Source: Chlamydiota bacterium
GTDB lineage: Bacteria; Auribacterota; JACPWU01
Assembly (NCBI GenBank): GCA_016196885.1
Contig: JACPWU010000011.1
Coordinates: 1-32,000, forward strand
Direction: 5' to 3'
Length of the DNA: 32,000 nucleotides
The notes beneath the pieces were generated by a model. The model worked only from the letters and a program-made list of their open reading frames with translations. It ran no database searches and was not told where the DNA came from. Every line of letters starts with the position of its first letter. Position 1 is the first letter of the stretch. The position numbers and the translations under genes are program-made. Positions 8,027 through 17,334 of the stretch are shown piece by piece.

Positions 8027-8096
8027 TGTAGTCGCCCGATTTATCGGGCAATCCATGCAAGGGGTACACGGCAGCCCCATAAATGGGGCGACTACA
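8027..8096. repeat. REPIN-like element, copy 2
   Basis: TGTAGTCGCCCGATTTATCGGGC - 24-nt divergent spacer - GCCCCATAAATGGGGCGACTACA. Arms are identical to copies 1 and 4; the spacer is unrelated. Confidence 0.9.
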
Positions 8097-8135
8097 AAAT
8101 GAGCTTCACTTTCATAGCAATCAATGTCCCATGAT

Positions 8136-8171
8136 CCAATGTCCAATTCAGAATTGGTTATTGGACATTGG
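8136..8171. repeat. Perfect 12-bp inverted repeat hairpin
   Basis: CCAATGTCCAAT (8136-8147) and ATTGGACATTGG (8160-8171). An inner alternative palindrome is CCAATTCAGAATTGG. It lies 12 nt beyond the stop of the minus-strand peptidase gene, but no U-tract follows in that sense. Confidence 0.7.
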
Positions 8172-8182
8172 AAACTGCTTTT

Positions 8183-8923
8183 CTAATTCCTCTGGGCCCT
8201 CTTCGCAGCAAAAAATCTCCGAACCGTAGAAGAGATTTCTTCCACAGGTCCGTAAACCTTACTCAAATCATTTTTTACAATCACCCTGCGACGCCCCCAC
8301 TCCTGAATCAGGGACTCTACATAATAAAGTTTAGCGAGAGCGCCCTTGCGATGGCGGTAACGTCTCTTCCAGTTAAGCTTGGAACTTAAAAGGGTGGCAA
8401 AGGTTTCGGCAAAATCATCGTCTGGATGCTTTTGCGCATAACAATCGCCGCAAGGATTCACAAAATCATGGCTCCAGGGATTTCGGTGATAACGATTCCC
8501 CACCGGATACGTGTTAAAAAAGTGGCCCTTAACCCGAAAAACCTGACGAAACTCTTTCAGGCGATAAAGCTTGTAAGAATAGCAAAACGCATGACCCATT
8601 TCATGGCGGAGCACCATGCGAATATCTTCCAAACGATAATACTCTCCCAAATACCGAGCGGCAATTAAAGACAGGGTGTGATCCACATCCCAAAAGGCAA
8701 GTCCAATATTGGCTGTGCCCTCGCAGGTTCCATAGCCATCGCTCAGATAAAAATGAGGGCGAAGAATGATTTTGAAATGGTTTAACTCCTGAAGAAGATC
8801 CTGGATACAACGTTCCATACGACTCCCCCTTAAGGTAAGGCCTAAAGAATGCACAGGGGATTGAAGAACGTCTTCTAACTCAAGGAAATGCTTGTCTCTC
8901 TCTCTCTTCAAAGTTTGTGACAT
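8183..8923 (-). CDS. Putative zinc metallopeptidase (HExxH; Peptidase_Mx-like)
   Basis: The ORF contains VLRHEMGHAFCYSY (HExxH) and a downstream HPDDDFAETFA motif. Start trimmed to MSQTLKRERDK (ATG 8923, preceded by AGGAG) because the longer ORF start (8971) lies inside the MITE terminal repeat. Confidence 0.6.
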   Translation of the reverse strand: MSQTLKRERDKHFLELEDVLQSPVHSLGLTLRGSRMERCIQDLLQELNHFKIILRPHFYLSDGYGTCEGTANIGLAFWDVDHTLSLIAARYLGEYYRLEDIRMVLRHEMGHAFCYSYKLYRLKEFRQVFRVKGHFFNTYPVGNRYHRNPWSHDFVNPCGDCYAQKHPDDDFAETFATLLSSKLNWKRRYRHRKGALAKLYYVESLIQEWGRRRVIVKNDLSKVYGPVEEISSTVRRFFAAKRAQRN

Positions 8924-8944
8924 AACACTCCTGACCCTCCTTGT

Positions 8945-9027
8945 TTTAACCTCAATACCGAAGTTGAGCATGAGAACTCAAGATCTTGCTTCGAATTCCA
9001 TGATTCAACTTCGGTATTGAGGTTAAA
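8945..9027. mobile_element. MITE-like element, short (83-bp) copy
   Basis: Perfect 23-bp terminal inverted repeats TTTAACCTCAATACCGAAGTTGA (8945-8967) and TCAACTTCGGTATTGAGGTTAAA (9005-9027). Both ends (about 32 nt each) match the ends of 23354-23575 in inverted orientation. Confidence 0.8.
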
Positions 9028-9099
9028 GGAATATATCGAATTCTACGCCCTTCAAGGAAAGGATGTCAAAAAAAATATTCAGGAAAATTGAATACGTAA

Positions 9100-9606
9100 C
9101 TACCTTATTAAGAATACGTTATGGAAATAAAGAAAGACTCTTAAAACAAGATGGGCATAAAGGCCAGCCATCACATCATCTAAGACAATCCCCCATCCGC
9201 CCGGCAATTTTTCAAGACGCCGAATAGGAAAAGGCTTCCAAATATCGAAAAGCCGATTGAAGAAAAAGGCTAAAATCAGAAGGGTCCACGAAAAAGGAAG
9301 TAAAAAAAGACTTGTCAAGAAGCCAACCCCTTCGTCCAGGACAACACAAGATGGATCTTTGTTATTTAGATATTGTGCCGCCTGGGTACAAACCCAGACG
9401 CTGCCCCATGTAAGAAAAATCAAGACGAGTCCATACCAGAAGAAATTAATTTTTAAAACGAGGGATAAAAAAAGATAGAGAAGAACCGCCCCGAGTGTTC
9501 CGACCGTCCCTGGCATGAGGCGTGAATATCCCAGTCCAAAAAAAGTGGCGAAAAATAAAACGACGTGCGGTGAGTTTTTCGTCCTACCTGTGCCCTCCTC
9601 CATCAT
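9100..9606 (-). CDS. pgpA: Phosphatidylglycerophosphatase A
   Basis: 168-aa ORF with FFGLGYSRLMPGTVGTLGAV ... DPSCVVLDEGVG ... FDIWKPFPIRRLEKLPGGWGIVLDDVMAGLYA, the PgpA signature. Confidence 0.9.
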   Translation of the reverse strand: MMEEGTGRTKNSPHVVLFFATFFGLGYSRLMPGTVGTLGAVLLYLFLSLVLKINFFWYGLVLIFLTWGSVWVCTQAAQYLNNKDPSCVVLDEGVGFLTSLFLLPFSWTLLILAFFFNRLFDIWKPFPIRRLEKLPGGWGIVLDDVMAGLYAHLVLRVFLYFHNVFLIR

Positions 9607-10109
9607 GCCTCCCGAAGAAGATTCTTAAATCGGTTGGAAAAAAGGGATTTTAAAAGTAATGCGATAGAGAAAAAAATCCACATCCCTGAAAGACCTGCGA
9701 TCAAATTCTGATAAAGCGACAATGAAATAAATGTTTGAAAGGCAATCAAAATAAGAAAAAGCATGACCAGGACCATTTGAAGCGTTCCTCTGCCTCGAAC
9801 AGGTCTAAAGGATTCATCTAACAAATCCATTCCGGACAAAACAAAATCCACTCCAATCACCCAGGCGACAAAGCCCGCATGAAGAATTTTTTGGTCTACC
9901 CAAACAATTAAGACAGACCCCCAAAAAATTTTATCTACCAGGGCATGAAGAATCGCTTCTTTTTTTCCAAAATGTCTCGACTTAAAAAAGCAAAGTCCCC
10001 ACTGAATGACTGAAAGAATGAGGGCAGACCCTTTCATCACCCAAAAAGAATGATAAAGAAAGAGAAGAATGAAAGGGAGAAAGAAAAGTCTTACCCACCA
10101 AAGGCTCAT
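9603..10109 (-). CDS. Polytopic membrane protein, degenerate CDP-alcohol phosphatidyltransferase (PgsA)-like
   Basis: 168-aa hydrophobic ORF, translationally coupled on both sides (ATGA overlaps). IQWGLCFFKSRHFGKKEAILHALVDKI aligns by eye to the PgsA motif region DWFDGFLARR...FLDPVADKV, but most catalytic Asp/Gly residues are replaced. Confidence 0.5.
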   Translation of the reverse strand: MSLWWVRLFFLPFILLFLYHSFWVMKGSALILSVIQWGLCFFKSRHFGKKEAILHALVDKIFWGSVLIVWVDQKILHAGFVAWVIGVDFVLSGMDLLDESFRPVRGRGTLQMVLVMLFLILIAFQTFISLSLYQNLIAGLSGMWIFFSIALLLKSLFSNRFKNLLREA

Positions 10110-11446
10110 GCGTCTAAACGCTCCCCGACGAGATCATACTCCGTAGCCTGAAAAATTTTCACCCATCGCATATCACCTGGGCAAAGGGAATTCTCAGCAT
10201 CCTTCACAAAAACAACGCCGTCAATTTCTGGAGTATCGAAATAGCTTCTTGCCTCCATGAATTCAAGGCTTTCAGAACGCTTGTCGCATAGAACATGCAA
10301 GGTTTTCCCTATCCATTTTTTCGTCCATCGCGAGGAGATCCCCTGCTGAAGAAGCATGGCCCTTCCCCGACGTTCTTCTTTCAATTCCTCCGGAACTTGA
10401 TTTTCTAAACGATCGGCATAAGTGCCGGGCTCTCGAGAGAAATTAAAAACTCCCAAGCGCTCAAACTGAACCTCTTCCATAAAATCCAATAAATTCTGAA
10501 AATGGGCCTCTGTCTCTCCCGGATATCCCACAATAAAAGTTGTTCTCAAAGCGAAACCTGGCATTCTCTCACGCATTTTCTGGATCAGCTGCAAATATTC
10601 TTTGCGGCTACCCAATCGAGCCATGCGCACGAGCATTTCATCATCCGCATGTTGAAGAGGCATGTCTAAATATTTGCATATTTTGGGCTCCTCTGCCATG
10701 ACGTCAATCAATTCATCTGAAACATAGGCGGGATAGGCGTAGAGAATACGAATCCATTCGAGTCCCTCTATTTTCGCCAAACATCGTAGAAGATCCGGTA
10801 ATCGTTGCGCCTGATAAATATCCCTGCCATAGTCCGTCGAATCCTGGGCCACCAAGACGATCTCGCGCGTCCCGCCTAAAACGAGATTTCTCACCTGAGC
10901 CTCAATGTCCTCGATCGACCGACTGTAATGACGGCCCTTGATTCTTGGAATCACACAAAATCGGCAGGGGTGATCGCATCCTTCTGCGATTTTCACATAG
11001 GCAAAATGCTGGGCCGTCAGACGATCGATCGGAGTGTGATGAGAGAGAATTTTCTTCGAGCGTGAGAGGGCTTTATATTTTTCACCGTCTAGAATTTTTT
11101 TGACGGCCAAGGCCACTTCGTCAAAATGAGAGGTTCCTAACAAGGCATCCACTTGTGGATGTTCTTTTAAAATGCGCATTCCATAGCGTTCGACGAGGCA
11201 TCCTGCAACCACAATCCCCTTACAGGGACCGCTCTTCTTTAATTTTTCGGCAGCCCCAATGGTGTCCAAAGATTCCTGAGTCGAGGCCTGAAGAAATCCA
11301 CAGGTATTGATGACAATGACATCCGCCTCTTGGGCATTTCTACACAAGGACATCCCGTGCACCTTGAGAGCACCCGCCATGACTTCAGAATCAACAAGGG
11401 CCTTGGGGCATCCCAAACTCACAAGCCCCACTTTGATGCAAGTCAT
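10106..11446 (-). CDS. rimO: Ribosomal protein S12 methylthiotransferase
   Basis: 446-aa ORF with N-terminal VGLVSLGCPKALVDSEVMAG, a radical-SAM CDHPCRFC motif and a C-terminal TRAM-like region. Confidence 0.9.
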   Translation of the reverse strand: MTCIKVGLVSLGCPKALVDSEVMAGALKVHGMSLCRNAQEADVIVINTCGFLQASTQESLDTIGAAEKLKKSGPCKGIVVAGCLVERYGMRILKEHPQVDALLGTSHFDEVALAVKKILDGEKYKALSRSKKILSHHTPIDRLTAQHFAYVKIAEGCDHPCRFCVIPRIKGRHYSRSIEDIEAQVRNLVLGGTREIVLVAQDSTDYGRDIYQAQRLPDLLRCLAKIEGLEWIRILYAYPAYVSDELIDVMAEEPKICKYLDMPLQHADDEMLVRMARLGSRKEYLQLIQKMRERMPGFALRTTFIVGYPGETEAHFQNLLDFMEEVQFERLGVFNFSREPGTYADRLENQVPEELKEERRGRAMLLQQGISSRWTKKWIGKTLHVLCDKRSESLEFMEARSYFDTPEIDGVVFVKDAENSLCPGDMRWVKIFQATEYDLVGERLDA

Positions 11447-12351
11447 ACCACACCGTCCTTCGTCAGGCGAATGTCTTTAAGCTTACCCCTTCTTCCCCCC
11501 TCCAAGTGCCCCAAAACTTTTCCGTTCAATGACCACTCGACTGCTTCGGGTTTACCGATTCGGATCTGAAAATATTTTTTGGCCTTCCAATTTTCCTTTG
11601 CCCCCCTTTTCAAGATCCCCTCAAAAATCAAACGCTGATCACATTGAATTCTTAACCAGACCGCTTGATTCGCCTGGGCTGTTAAAACAAGTTCCGATTC
11701 TTGGGCTTGAGCCGAAGGAGCATTTTCAACCTTTGGAGCCTCCACAGGAACTTCTCTCTGAGGAGATGAGACGGGCAAAGGAGACGCTTCTTGCACAGTT
11801 TGAACGTGAGAAGGATGATTCATGAGAGAGGCGTTAGAGGCAGGCACTTCGGAAATCATGTTTTCAGAAGAACTTTTTTCATCCGAATGAGTACAAGACC
11901 TCACCCATGAGATAAGAAGAAAAATAAAAAGAGCCCCGCCTGCGGCTCCCAGCCAAATCCTGGAAGAAATTTTTCCAAAGATTCCAAGAATTCCTAAAAC
12001 CCTTGGATAAATTTTAGAGAAAAGATTCCCAACCGATTTCAAGGTGATCTTCCCAAAACTGGGAAGATCGCCTTTCTTGCTTTCTATGACCAGGGTTTGC
12101 TTGGAAGGTTCATGTCCGTTTCCTAAATTTCTTTGATACTCCTCTAACACCTCTTTTGAATCGAGCCCGATATTTTGGGAAAATAATTTTAAAAAACCCC
12201 TCACATAAATAGGAGCTGGGAGCTCTTCATATTGGTCGGCCTCGATGGCCATGATTTTCTTATCAGAAATCTTGGTCAGCTTGGCCATTTCCTCAATGGA
12301 AAGACCTTTCGCCTCTCGAGCCTTTTTAAGTTTTTGTCCTAAAGAGTCCAT
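11443..12351 (-). CDS. rodZ: RodZ-like cytoskeleton protein (HTH + TM + DUF4115-like C-domain)
   Basis: LGQKLKKAREAKGLSIEEMAKLTKISDKKIMAIEADQYEELPAPIYVRGFLKLFSQNIGLD, then a single TM segment and a Pro/Ser-rich linker. ATGA overlap with rimO. Confidence 0.8.
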   Translation of the reverse strand: MDSLGQKLKKAREAKGLSIEEMAKLTKISDKKIMAIEADQYEELPAPIYVRGFLKLFSQNIGLDSKEVLEEYQRNLGNGHEPSKQTLVIESKKGDLPSFGKITLKSVGNLFSKIYPRVLGILGIFGKISSRIWLGAAGGALFIFLLISWVRSCTHSDEKSSSENMISEVPASNASLMNHPSHVQTVQEASPLPVSSPQREVPVEAPKVENAPSAQAQESELVLTAQANQAVWLRIQCDQRLIFEGILKRGAKENWKAKKYFQIRIGKPEAVEWSLNGKVLGHLEGGRRGKLKDIRLTKDGVV

Positions 12352-12362
12352 AAAGACCTTAT

Positions 12363-12429
12363 TGTAGTCGCCCCATTTATGGGGCCGTTCCCCTTACATA
12401 GATATTGCCCGATAAATCGGGCGACTACA
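12363..12429. repeat. REPIN-like element, copy 3 (inverted orientation)
   Basis: TGTAGTCGCCCCATTTATGGGGC - 21-nt divergent spacer - GCCCGATAAATCGGGCGACTACA. It lies between the ftsK stop and the rodZ start. Confidence 0.9.
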
Positions 12430-12463
12430 TTTGAATTTTGTTCAAGATATTATAATTAAGAGA

Positions 12464-14821
12464 CTACGCACCTGCTTCTTCCTCAATATCAATCAAAATA
12501 TCCCTCGCCTTACTCCCTTTATACGGTCCGACAATCCCCTGTTCTTCCAATAAATCCATCATGCGGGCCGCACGGCTGTAGCCAATGCGAAGCTTCCTTT
12601 GCAAGACAGACACCGATGCCTGCCCTGTGTTGCGAATCACCTGAATGGCCTGCTTCAAGAGTGATTCGTCGTCCAATGGATTCAAGTCACTTGATAAGGC
12701 TTGAGCCTTTTCCAAGATTTCAGCCGGATTCACAACAGAACTAAAAGAAACTTTTTGAGATTTGATAAATTCTAGCACTTTCTTCAGCTCGCTGTCTCGC
12801 ACATTGGCACCTTGGGCTCGAATCAGCTTAGAAGAGCCAGGGGGCATGAAAAGCATGTCTCCCCGTCCCAAAAGTTTTTCTGCTCCCATGGTATCTATCA
12901 CAGTTCGAGAATCTACCCTAGAAGAAACTTGAAATGAAATTCGAGCCGGAAAATTGGCTTTAATCACACCGGTGATCACGTCCACAGAAGGTCTCTGCGT
13001 CGCTAAAATTAAATGGACGCCGATCGCCCTTGAAAGCTGGGCTAATCTTGCGATGCTGTTTTCGACTTCGTAAGAAGCTACGAGCATAATATCAGCCAGT
13101 TCATCCACCACCACGACAATGTAAGGCAAAGGTTTTAAAGGGGCCTCATCCGATTTTAAAGTTATTTTCTCCTGGATCACCTTTTCATTAAATATTTCGA
13201 TGTTTCTCACCCCCACCTCGGCCAAAATTTTATAGCGCCTCTCCATCTCCGTCACAAGCCAGCCCAGTCCCGCTGCCGCTTTCTTCGGATCTGTGATGAC
13301 GGGAATTGCCAAATGCGGAATGTCTTTAAACACAGAAAGCTCCACCATTTTGGGATCAATCAAAAGAAAGCGAAGATATTCAGGACTCGCATAAAAGAGA
13401 ATGCTCAAAATAATCGAATTCATGCAAACGCTTTTTCCGGAGCCCGTCGCACCGGCGATCAAAAGATGAGGCATCTCGGTGAGATCCGCTACAATCGGCA
13501 CACCGGAGACATCTTTCCCCAAGGCCAAGGGAATGCGCTTACGGGTATTTTTAAATTCATCCGAGGTTAAAATTTCTTTCAAGGAAACGGTGACACTCGT
13601 TAGGTTTGGAACCTCCACACCGACGGCGGCCTTCCCCGGAATGGGCGCCACCATGCGCACCGCCCCCACCTTCATGGCCAAGGCAATATCGTTAGACAGC
13701 CCCGTGATTTTTTGAACTTTCACCCCCGGCGCTGGTTGAAGTTCATAACGCGTAATCACGGGGCCGTGAGTTACATTTACCACCTCTACTTCTACGTCAA
13801 ACTCAGCCAAGGTGTTCTTCAAAATCTCGGCGTTTCTTTTGAGATCATCGCTGGTCATCCCTTTGGATTGCGACGGCATCATTTCATCCAAAAGCTTCAC
13901 CGAGGGGAGTTGATATTCGCTTGAAGAAAGAAGTTCCAATTGGACTCTGGTTTCCTTCTCGCCCTTTTCTGAAACAACCCGCGCAGGCAAGGGAGAACCT
14001 TGGGTCGGCGCTATCCCCAGAGGTGGAAAACGCTTCGGCGGTTCCCATTTTTTAACCTTCTCCGCGACCGCCCCTTCTTCATTTTCAAAACCCATAGAAC
14101 TGTTTCTTGAAACTCCCGAAATCGAAATTTCAACGGGACGGGGCCTTTTCCTTCTTGGAAATTCAAAGGTTCTCAAACGTTCTTGAAAACGTCCGCCCCA
14201 TTCCACAGCCTTCTTAGAAAGGCCCTTAAAAAAGCGGCTGGAATATTCTCCTAAAAAACGCCCCAAGGAAGATAATTTCAAATCCAAGAGCAAAACCAAA
14301 CCCGCTAAAAACATCGAATAAAGCAAGATGTAAGATCCCTCACGCCCCACCCATCTGACAAATGTCTTTCTCAAAACCCATTGTCCAATGAATCCTCCCG
14401 GCCCCATTTCTTTTAAACCAAAACGAGATCCCCAACTTGAGAAACTCCCGTCTGAATAAAGTTCTAAAAGACAGGAGCCACTCAATAAGACCATCAAGAC
14501 GAGTGCCGCTCGAGCGGAAAAACGTTCTGTTGTTTCCTTAAAGATGGAGCGAATTCCAAGAAACATCATCAAAACGGGAAATAGAAAGGAAGAGAATCCA
14601 ATTAAAAAAAAAGCGACAAATGAAAACCATGCGCCTACCAAACCAATGTAGTTATGCGGAGGATCATTCGGCTGAGCTGTATAAAAGGAGATATCATGGG
14701 GGTCATACGAAATGAGACTCAAGAATACGAAAACGCCCAGGACGATGAGAAGAATACCCCCCACCTCCCTCCAACGAGTCGAAGGAGGCTGACGCTTTTG
14801 CTTAACAATTTTCCTGCGCAT
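12464..14821 (-). CDS. ftsK: DNA translocase FtsK
   Basis: 785-aa ORF with N-terminal TM segments, Walker A GATGSGKS, a Walker B-like VVVVDELAD stretch, and a C-terminal gamma domain (LQRKLRIGYSRAARMMDLLEEQGIVGP). Confidence 0.95.
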   Translation of the reverse strand: MRRKIVKQKRQPPSTRWREVGGILLIVLGVFVFLSLISYDPHDISFYTAQPNDPPHNYIGLVGAWFSFVAFFLIGFSSFLFPVLMMFLGIRSIFKETTERFSARAALVLMVLLSGSCLLELYSDGSFSSWGSRFGLKEMGPGGFIGQWVLRKTFVRWVGREGSYILLYSMFLAGLVLLLDLKLSSLGRFLGEYSSRFFKGLSKKAVEWGGRFQERLRTFEFPRRKRPRPVEISISGVSRNSSMGFENEEGAVAEKVKKWEPPKRFPPLGIAPTQGSPLPARVVSEKGEKETRVQLELLSSSEYQLPSVKLLDEMMPSQSKGMTSDDLKRNAEILKNTLAEFDVEVEVVNVTHGPVITRYELQPAPGVKVQKITGLSNDIALAMKVGAVRMVAPIPGKAAVGVEVPNLTSVTVSLKEILTSDEFKNTRKRIPLALGKDVSGVPIVADLTEMPHLLIAGATGSGKSVCMNSIILSILFYASPEYLRFLLIDPKMVELSVFKDIPHLAIPVITDPKKAAAGLGWLVTEMERRYKILAEVGVRNIEIFNEKVIQEKITLKSDEAPLKPLPYIVVVVDELADIMLVASYEVENSIARLAQLSRAIGVHLILATQRPSVDVITGVIKANFPARISFQVSSRVDSRTVIDTMGAEKLLGRGDMLFMPPGSSKLIRAQGANVRDSELKKVLEFIKSQKVSFSSVVNPAEILEKAQALSSDLNPLDDESLLKQAIQVIRNTGQASVSVLQRKLRIGYSRAARMMDLLEEQGIVGPYKGSKARDILIDIEEEAGA

Positions 14822-14826
14822 GATAA

Positions 14827-14910
14827 AAGTTGTAAGTTGTAAGTTGTAAGTTATAAGTTTGAAAGGAGTCCATTTTTTACTTACAACTTAAAACTTATAA
14901 CTTACAACTT
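14827..14910 (-). repeat. Heptamer-periodic intercistronic hairpin (pnp|ftsK), terminator-like
   Basis: Left arm is (TTGTAAG)x3 + TTATAAG (14830-14857). Right arm is ACTTACA ACTTAAA ACTTATA ACTTACA (14879-14906). The 19-nt loop contains AAAGGAG. It abuts the pnp stop, and in mRNA sense it is followed by UUUUAUC-AUG of ftsK. Confidence 0.85.
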
Positions 14911-17042
14911 TATTTGTATGATCCCTCATCATCAGAAGGCAGGGCTAGAGCAGACGAGCCGGCTTCTGCAAGAACCGCCTTGCGGCTTAGGTTGATGCGT
15001 CCCCGTTCATCAATCTCAATCACCTTGACCATCACGGTATCTCCCGTTTTCAAAACGTCCTCCACCTTCTTGACCCGATGTTCCGCCAATTGAGAAATAT
15101 GAACCAAGCCTTCTTTCCCGGGAAGCACTTCTACAAAGGCGCCAAATTCCATGATATTTTTCACAGTCCCTTTATAGATTTTTCCCACCTCGACTTCAGC
15201 CGTCAATTCTTTAATCTTTTGAATCGCAGCGTCCACCCTCTGACTCTTGGGAGAGGCAATGGCCACAGAACCATCATCTTCAATGTTAATCTCGGTTTGA
15301 GTTTCCTCAATAATCTTCTTGATGGTTTTTCCACCCGGCCCGATCAAAAGACCTATCTTTTCCGGATTGATTTTAATCGTCACAATTCTCGGGGCATGTT
15401 CAGAAATTTTTTCACGGGGATGAGCTATCGCCTTCTCCATCATGTTCAAGACGTGAAGGCGGGCCACACGGGCCTCTTCCAAAGCCTTTTTCAAAACAGG
15501 CTCTTCCAACCCTTCAATCTTCAAATCCATTTGAAAACCTGTAATGCCCTGAGAGGTTCCCGCCACCTTAAAATCCATATCCCCCAAATGGTCCTCAGAA
15601 CCCAAAATATCCGTGAGCACCACCGTCTTGTCGGACTCTTGAATGAGTCCCATCGCCACACCCGCCACAGGGGCCTTTACCGGAACCCCTGCATCCATAA
15701 GCGCCAAAGCACCGCCGCAAACCGTCGCCATGGAACTGGAGCCATTGGACTCCAAAATGTCGGAAACGAGGCGAATGGTATAAGGAAAAGCTTCCTGACT
15801 TGGAAGAATGGCTAAAAGCGATCTCTCTGCCAACGCCCCATGCCCGATTTCTCTTCGGCCCGGACCTCGGGAAGGCTTGACTTCTCCCACACTAAAGGCC
15901 GGAAAATTATAATGCAACATGAACGATTTAGAAGTCTCTCCCTCAAAACCCTCGGTTCTCTGCTCATCATCCACGGTCCCTAACGTTGCAACAGCCAAGG
16001 CCTGGGTCTCTCCGCGCGTAAAAAGGGCCGAGCCATGCGTGCGAGGTAAAATTCCCACCTCACAGGTGATGGGTCGAACCTCTTTCGTCGAACGGCCATC
16101 GTTGCGAATCCCCTTCTCCACAATCATGCGGCGCACCTTCATTTTTTCAATTTGGGCAAAGGCCTCCTTAAACATTAAATCTGAGACTTCAGGAAATTGA
16201 GCGGACAAAATTTCTTTCACCTCTCGGTACAATTGACCCAAATTTTCTTCCCTCTTTCTTTTCTCGGGAACCACTAAAATGTGATCTATCTTTCCATCTA
16301 ACGCCTTTTTCATCGCATCAAAAAACAAGGGCTCCACGGTAAAGACGGGAAAATCTTTTTTGGTTTTTCCACATTTCTTCCTTAAATCTTCCTGAAGACG
16401 CGTCAATTTCTTAATCTCTTCGTGCCCCACCCGCAAGGCCTCGACCATCTGATTTTCAGAAATCTCATGTGCAGAACCTTCCACCATCAAAATAGCCTTT
16501 TGGGTTCCTGCCACCACCAAATCCAACTCGCTTTCCTTTAATTCAGCATACGTAGGATTGATGATCCATTTCCCATCCTTCAAACCGACTCGAACAGCAC
16601 CGACCGGTCCGGAAAAGGGAATTTCAGAAACATGAAGCGCGGCCGAAGCTCCAATAATGGATAAAATATCCGGATCATTGTGCTCATCAGCAGAAATGAC
16701 CTGGGATGTGATTTGGACTTCATTGAAGAATCCTTCGGGAAAAAGGGGTCTCAAGGGACGATCGGTGAGACGGGCTGTCAAAATTTCTTTCTCGGTTTGA
16801 CGTCCCTCTCTTTTGATATATCCCCCCGGAAATCTTCCGGCCGCAGATGTTTTTTCCCGATAATCTACGGTCAAAGGAAAAAAATCTGTCCCTTCCCTTA
16901 CCCCCGAACTCACCACGGCTGCGACGAGAACAATGGTCTCGCCCATCTGAACTGTGACAGCCCCATGGGCTTGCTTGGCCATGCGGCCTGTTTCAACCGA
17001 AATCATTTCTTTTCCAATTTGAACCTCTAATCGTTGTGTCAT
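14910..17042 (-). CDS. pnp: Polyribonucleotide nucleotidyltransferase (PNPase)
   Basis: 710-aa ORF with two RNase PH domains, KH (GPGGKTIKKIIEETQ) and S1 (GKIYKGTVKNIMEFGAFVEVLPGKEGLVHISQL). Confidence 0.97.
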   Translation of the reverse strand: MTQRLEVQIGKEMISVETGRMAKQAHGAVTVQMGETIVLVAAVVSSGVREGTDFFPLTVDYREKTSAAGRFPGGYIKREGRQTEKEILTARLTDRPLRPLFPEGFFNEVQITSQVISADEHNDPDILSIIGASAALHVSEIPFSGPVGAVRVGLKDGKWIINPTYAELKESELDLVVAGTQKAILMVEGSAHEISENQMVEALRVGHEEIKKLTRLQEDLRKKCGKTKKDFPVFTVEPLFFDAMKKALDGKIDHILVVPEKRKREENLGQLYREVKEILSAQFPEVSDLMFKEAFAQIEKMKVRRMIVEKGIRNDGRSTKEVRPITCEVGILPRTHGSALFTRGETQALAVATLGTVDDEQRTEGFEGETSKSFMLHYNFPAFSVGEVKPSRGPGRREIGHGALAERSLLAILPSQEAFPYTIRLVSDILESNGSSSMATVCGGALALMDAGVPVKAPVAGVAMGLIQESDKTVVLTDILGSEDHLGDMDFKVAGTSQGITGFQMDLKIEGLEEPVLKKALEEARVARLHVLNMMEKAIAHPREKISEHAPRIVTIKINPEKIGLLIGPGGKTIKKIIEETQTEINIEDDGSVAIASPKSQRVDAAIQKIKELTAEVEVGKIYKGTVKNIMEFGAFVEVLPGKEGLVHISQLAEHRVKKVEDVLKTGDTVMVKVIEIDERGRINLSRKAVLAEAGSSALALPSDDEGSYK

Positions 17043-17048
17043 ATATGT

Positions 17049-17318
17049 TTACTTTCTTAAGTTTAATTTTTCGACCAAGGTCTGATATCTACCATTGTCC
17101 TGACGGTTTAAATAATCTAAAAGCTTCCTTCTGGCTCCCACCATTTTCAAAAGGCCGCGTCTAGAACTGTGATCCTTGATATGGGCCTTAAGATGTTGGG
17201 TCAAATCATTGATCCTCTGGGTTAAAAGGGCAACCTGGACCTCAGGAGAGCCCGTGTCTCCTTCATGAACACTAAAATTTTTTTTGATTTCCTCTTTTTT
17301 TTCCTTCACCAAAGCCAT
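17049..17318 (-). CDS. rpsO: 30S ribosomal protein S15
   Basis: 89 aa from [11 protein letters not shown]...[54 protein letters not shown] lies about 10 nt upstream of the ATG at 17318. The 110-aa track ORF extends into the repeat and was trimmed. Confidence 0.95.
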   Translation of the reverse strand: MALVKEKKEEIKKNFSVHEGDTGSPEVQVALLTQRINDLTQHLKAHIKDHSSRRGLLKMVGARRKLLDYLNRQDNGRYQTLVEKLNLRK

Positions 17319-17334
17319 AATCTTTATCTCCTTA

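Noticed and set aside
8924-8971. 16-codon N-terminal extension of the HExxH peptidase ORF
   Set aside because: The start codon would lie inside the MITE terminal inverted repeat. The downstream ATG at 8923 has an AGGAG just upstream.
15078-15815. 245-aa antisense ORF in pnp, and similar long antisense/alternate-frame ORFs (26602-27369, 24461-25039, 25559-26056, 3361-3828, 6822-7244, 27736-28302, 4601-4933, 103-333)
   Set aside because: All lie inside confidently identified genes, have low-complexity or biased composition and no recognisable motifs. They are typical shadow ORFs.
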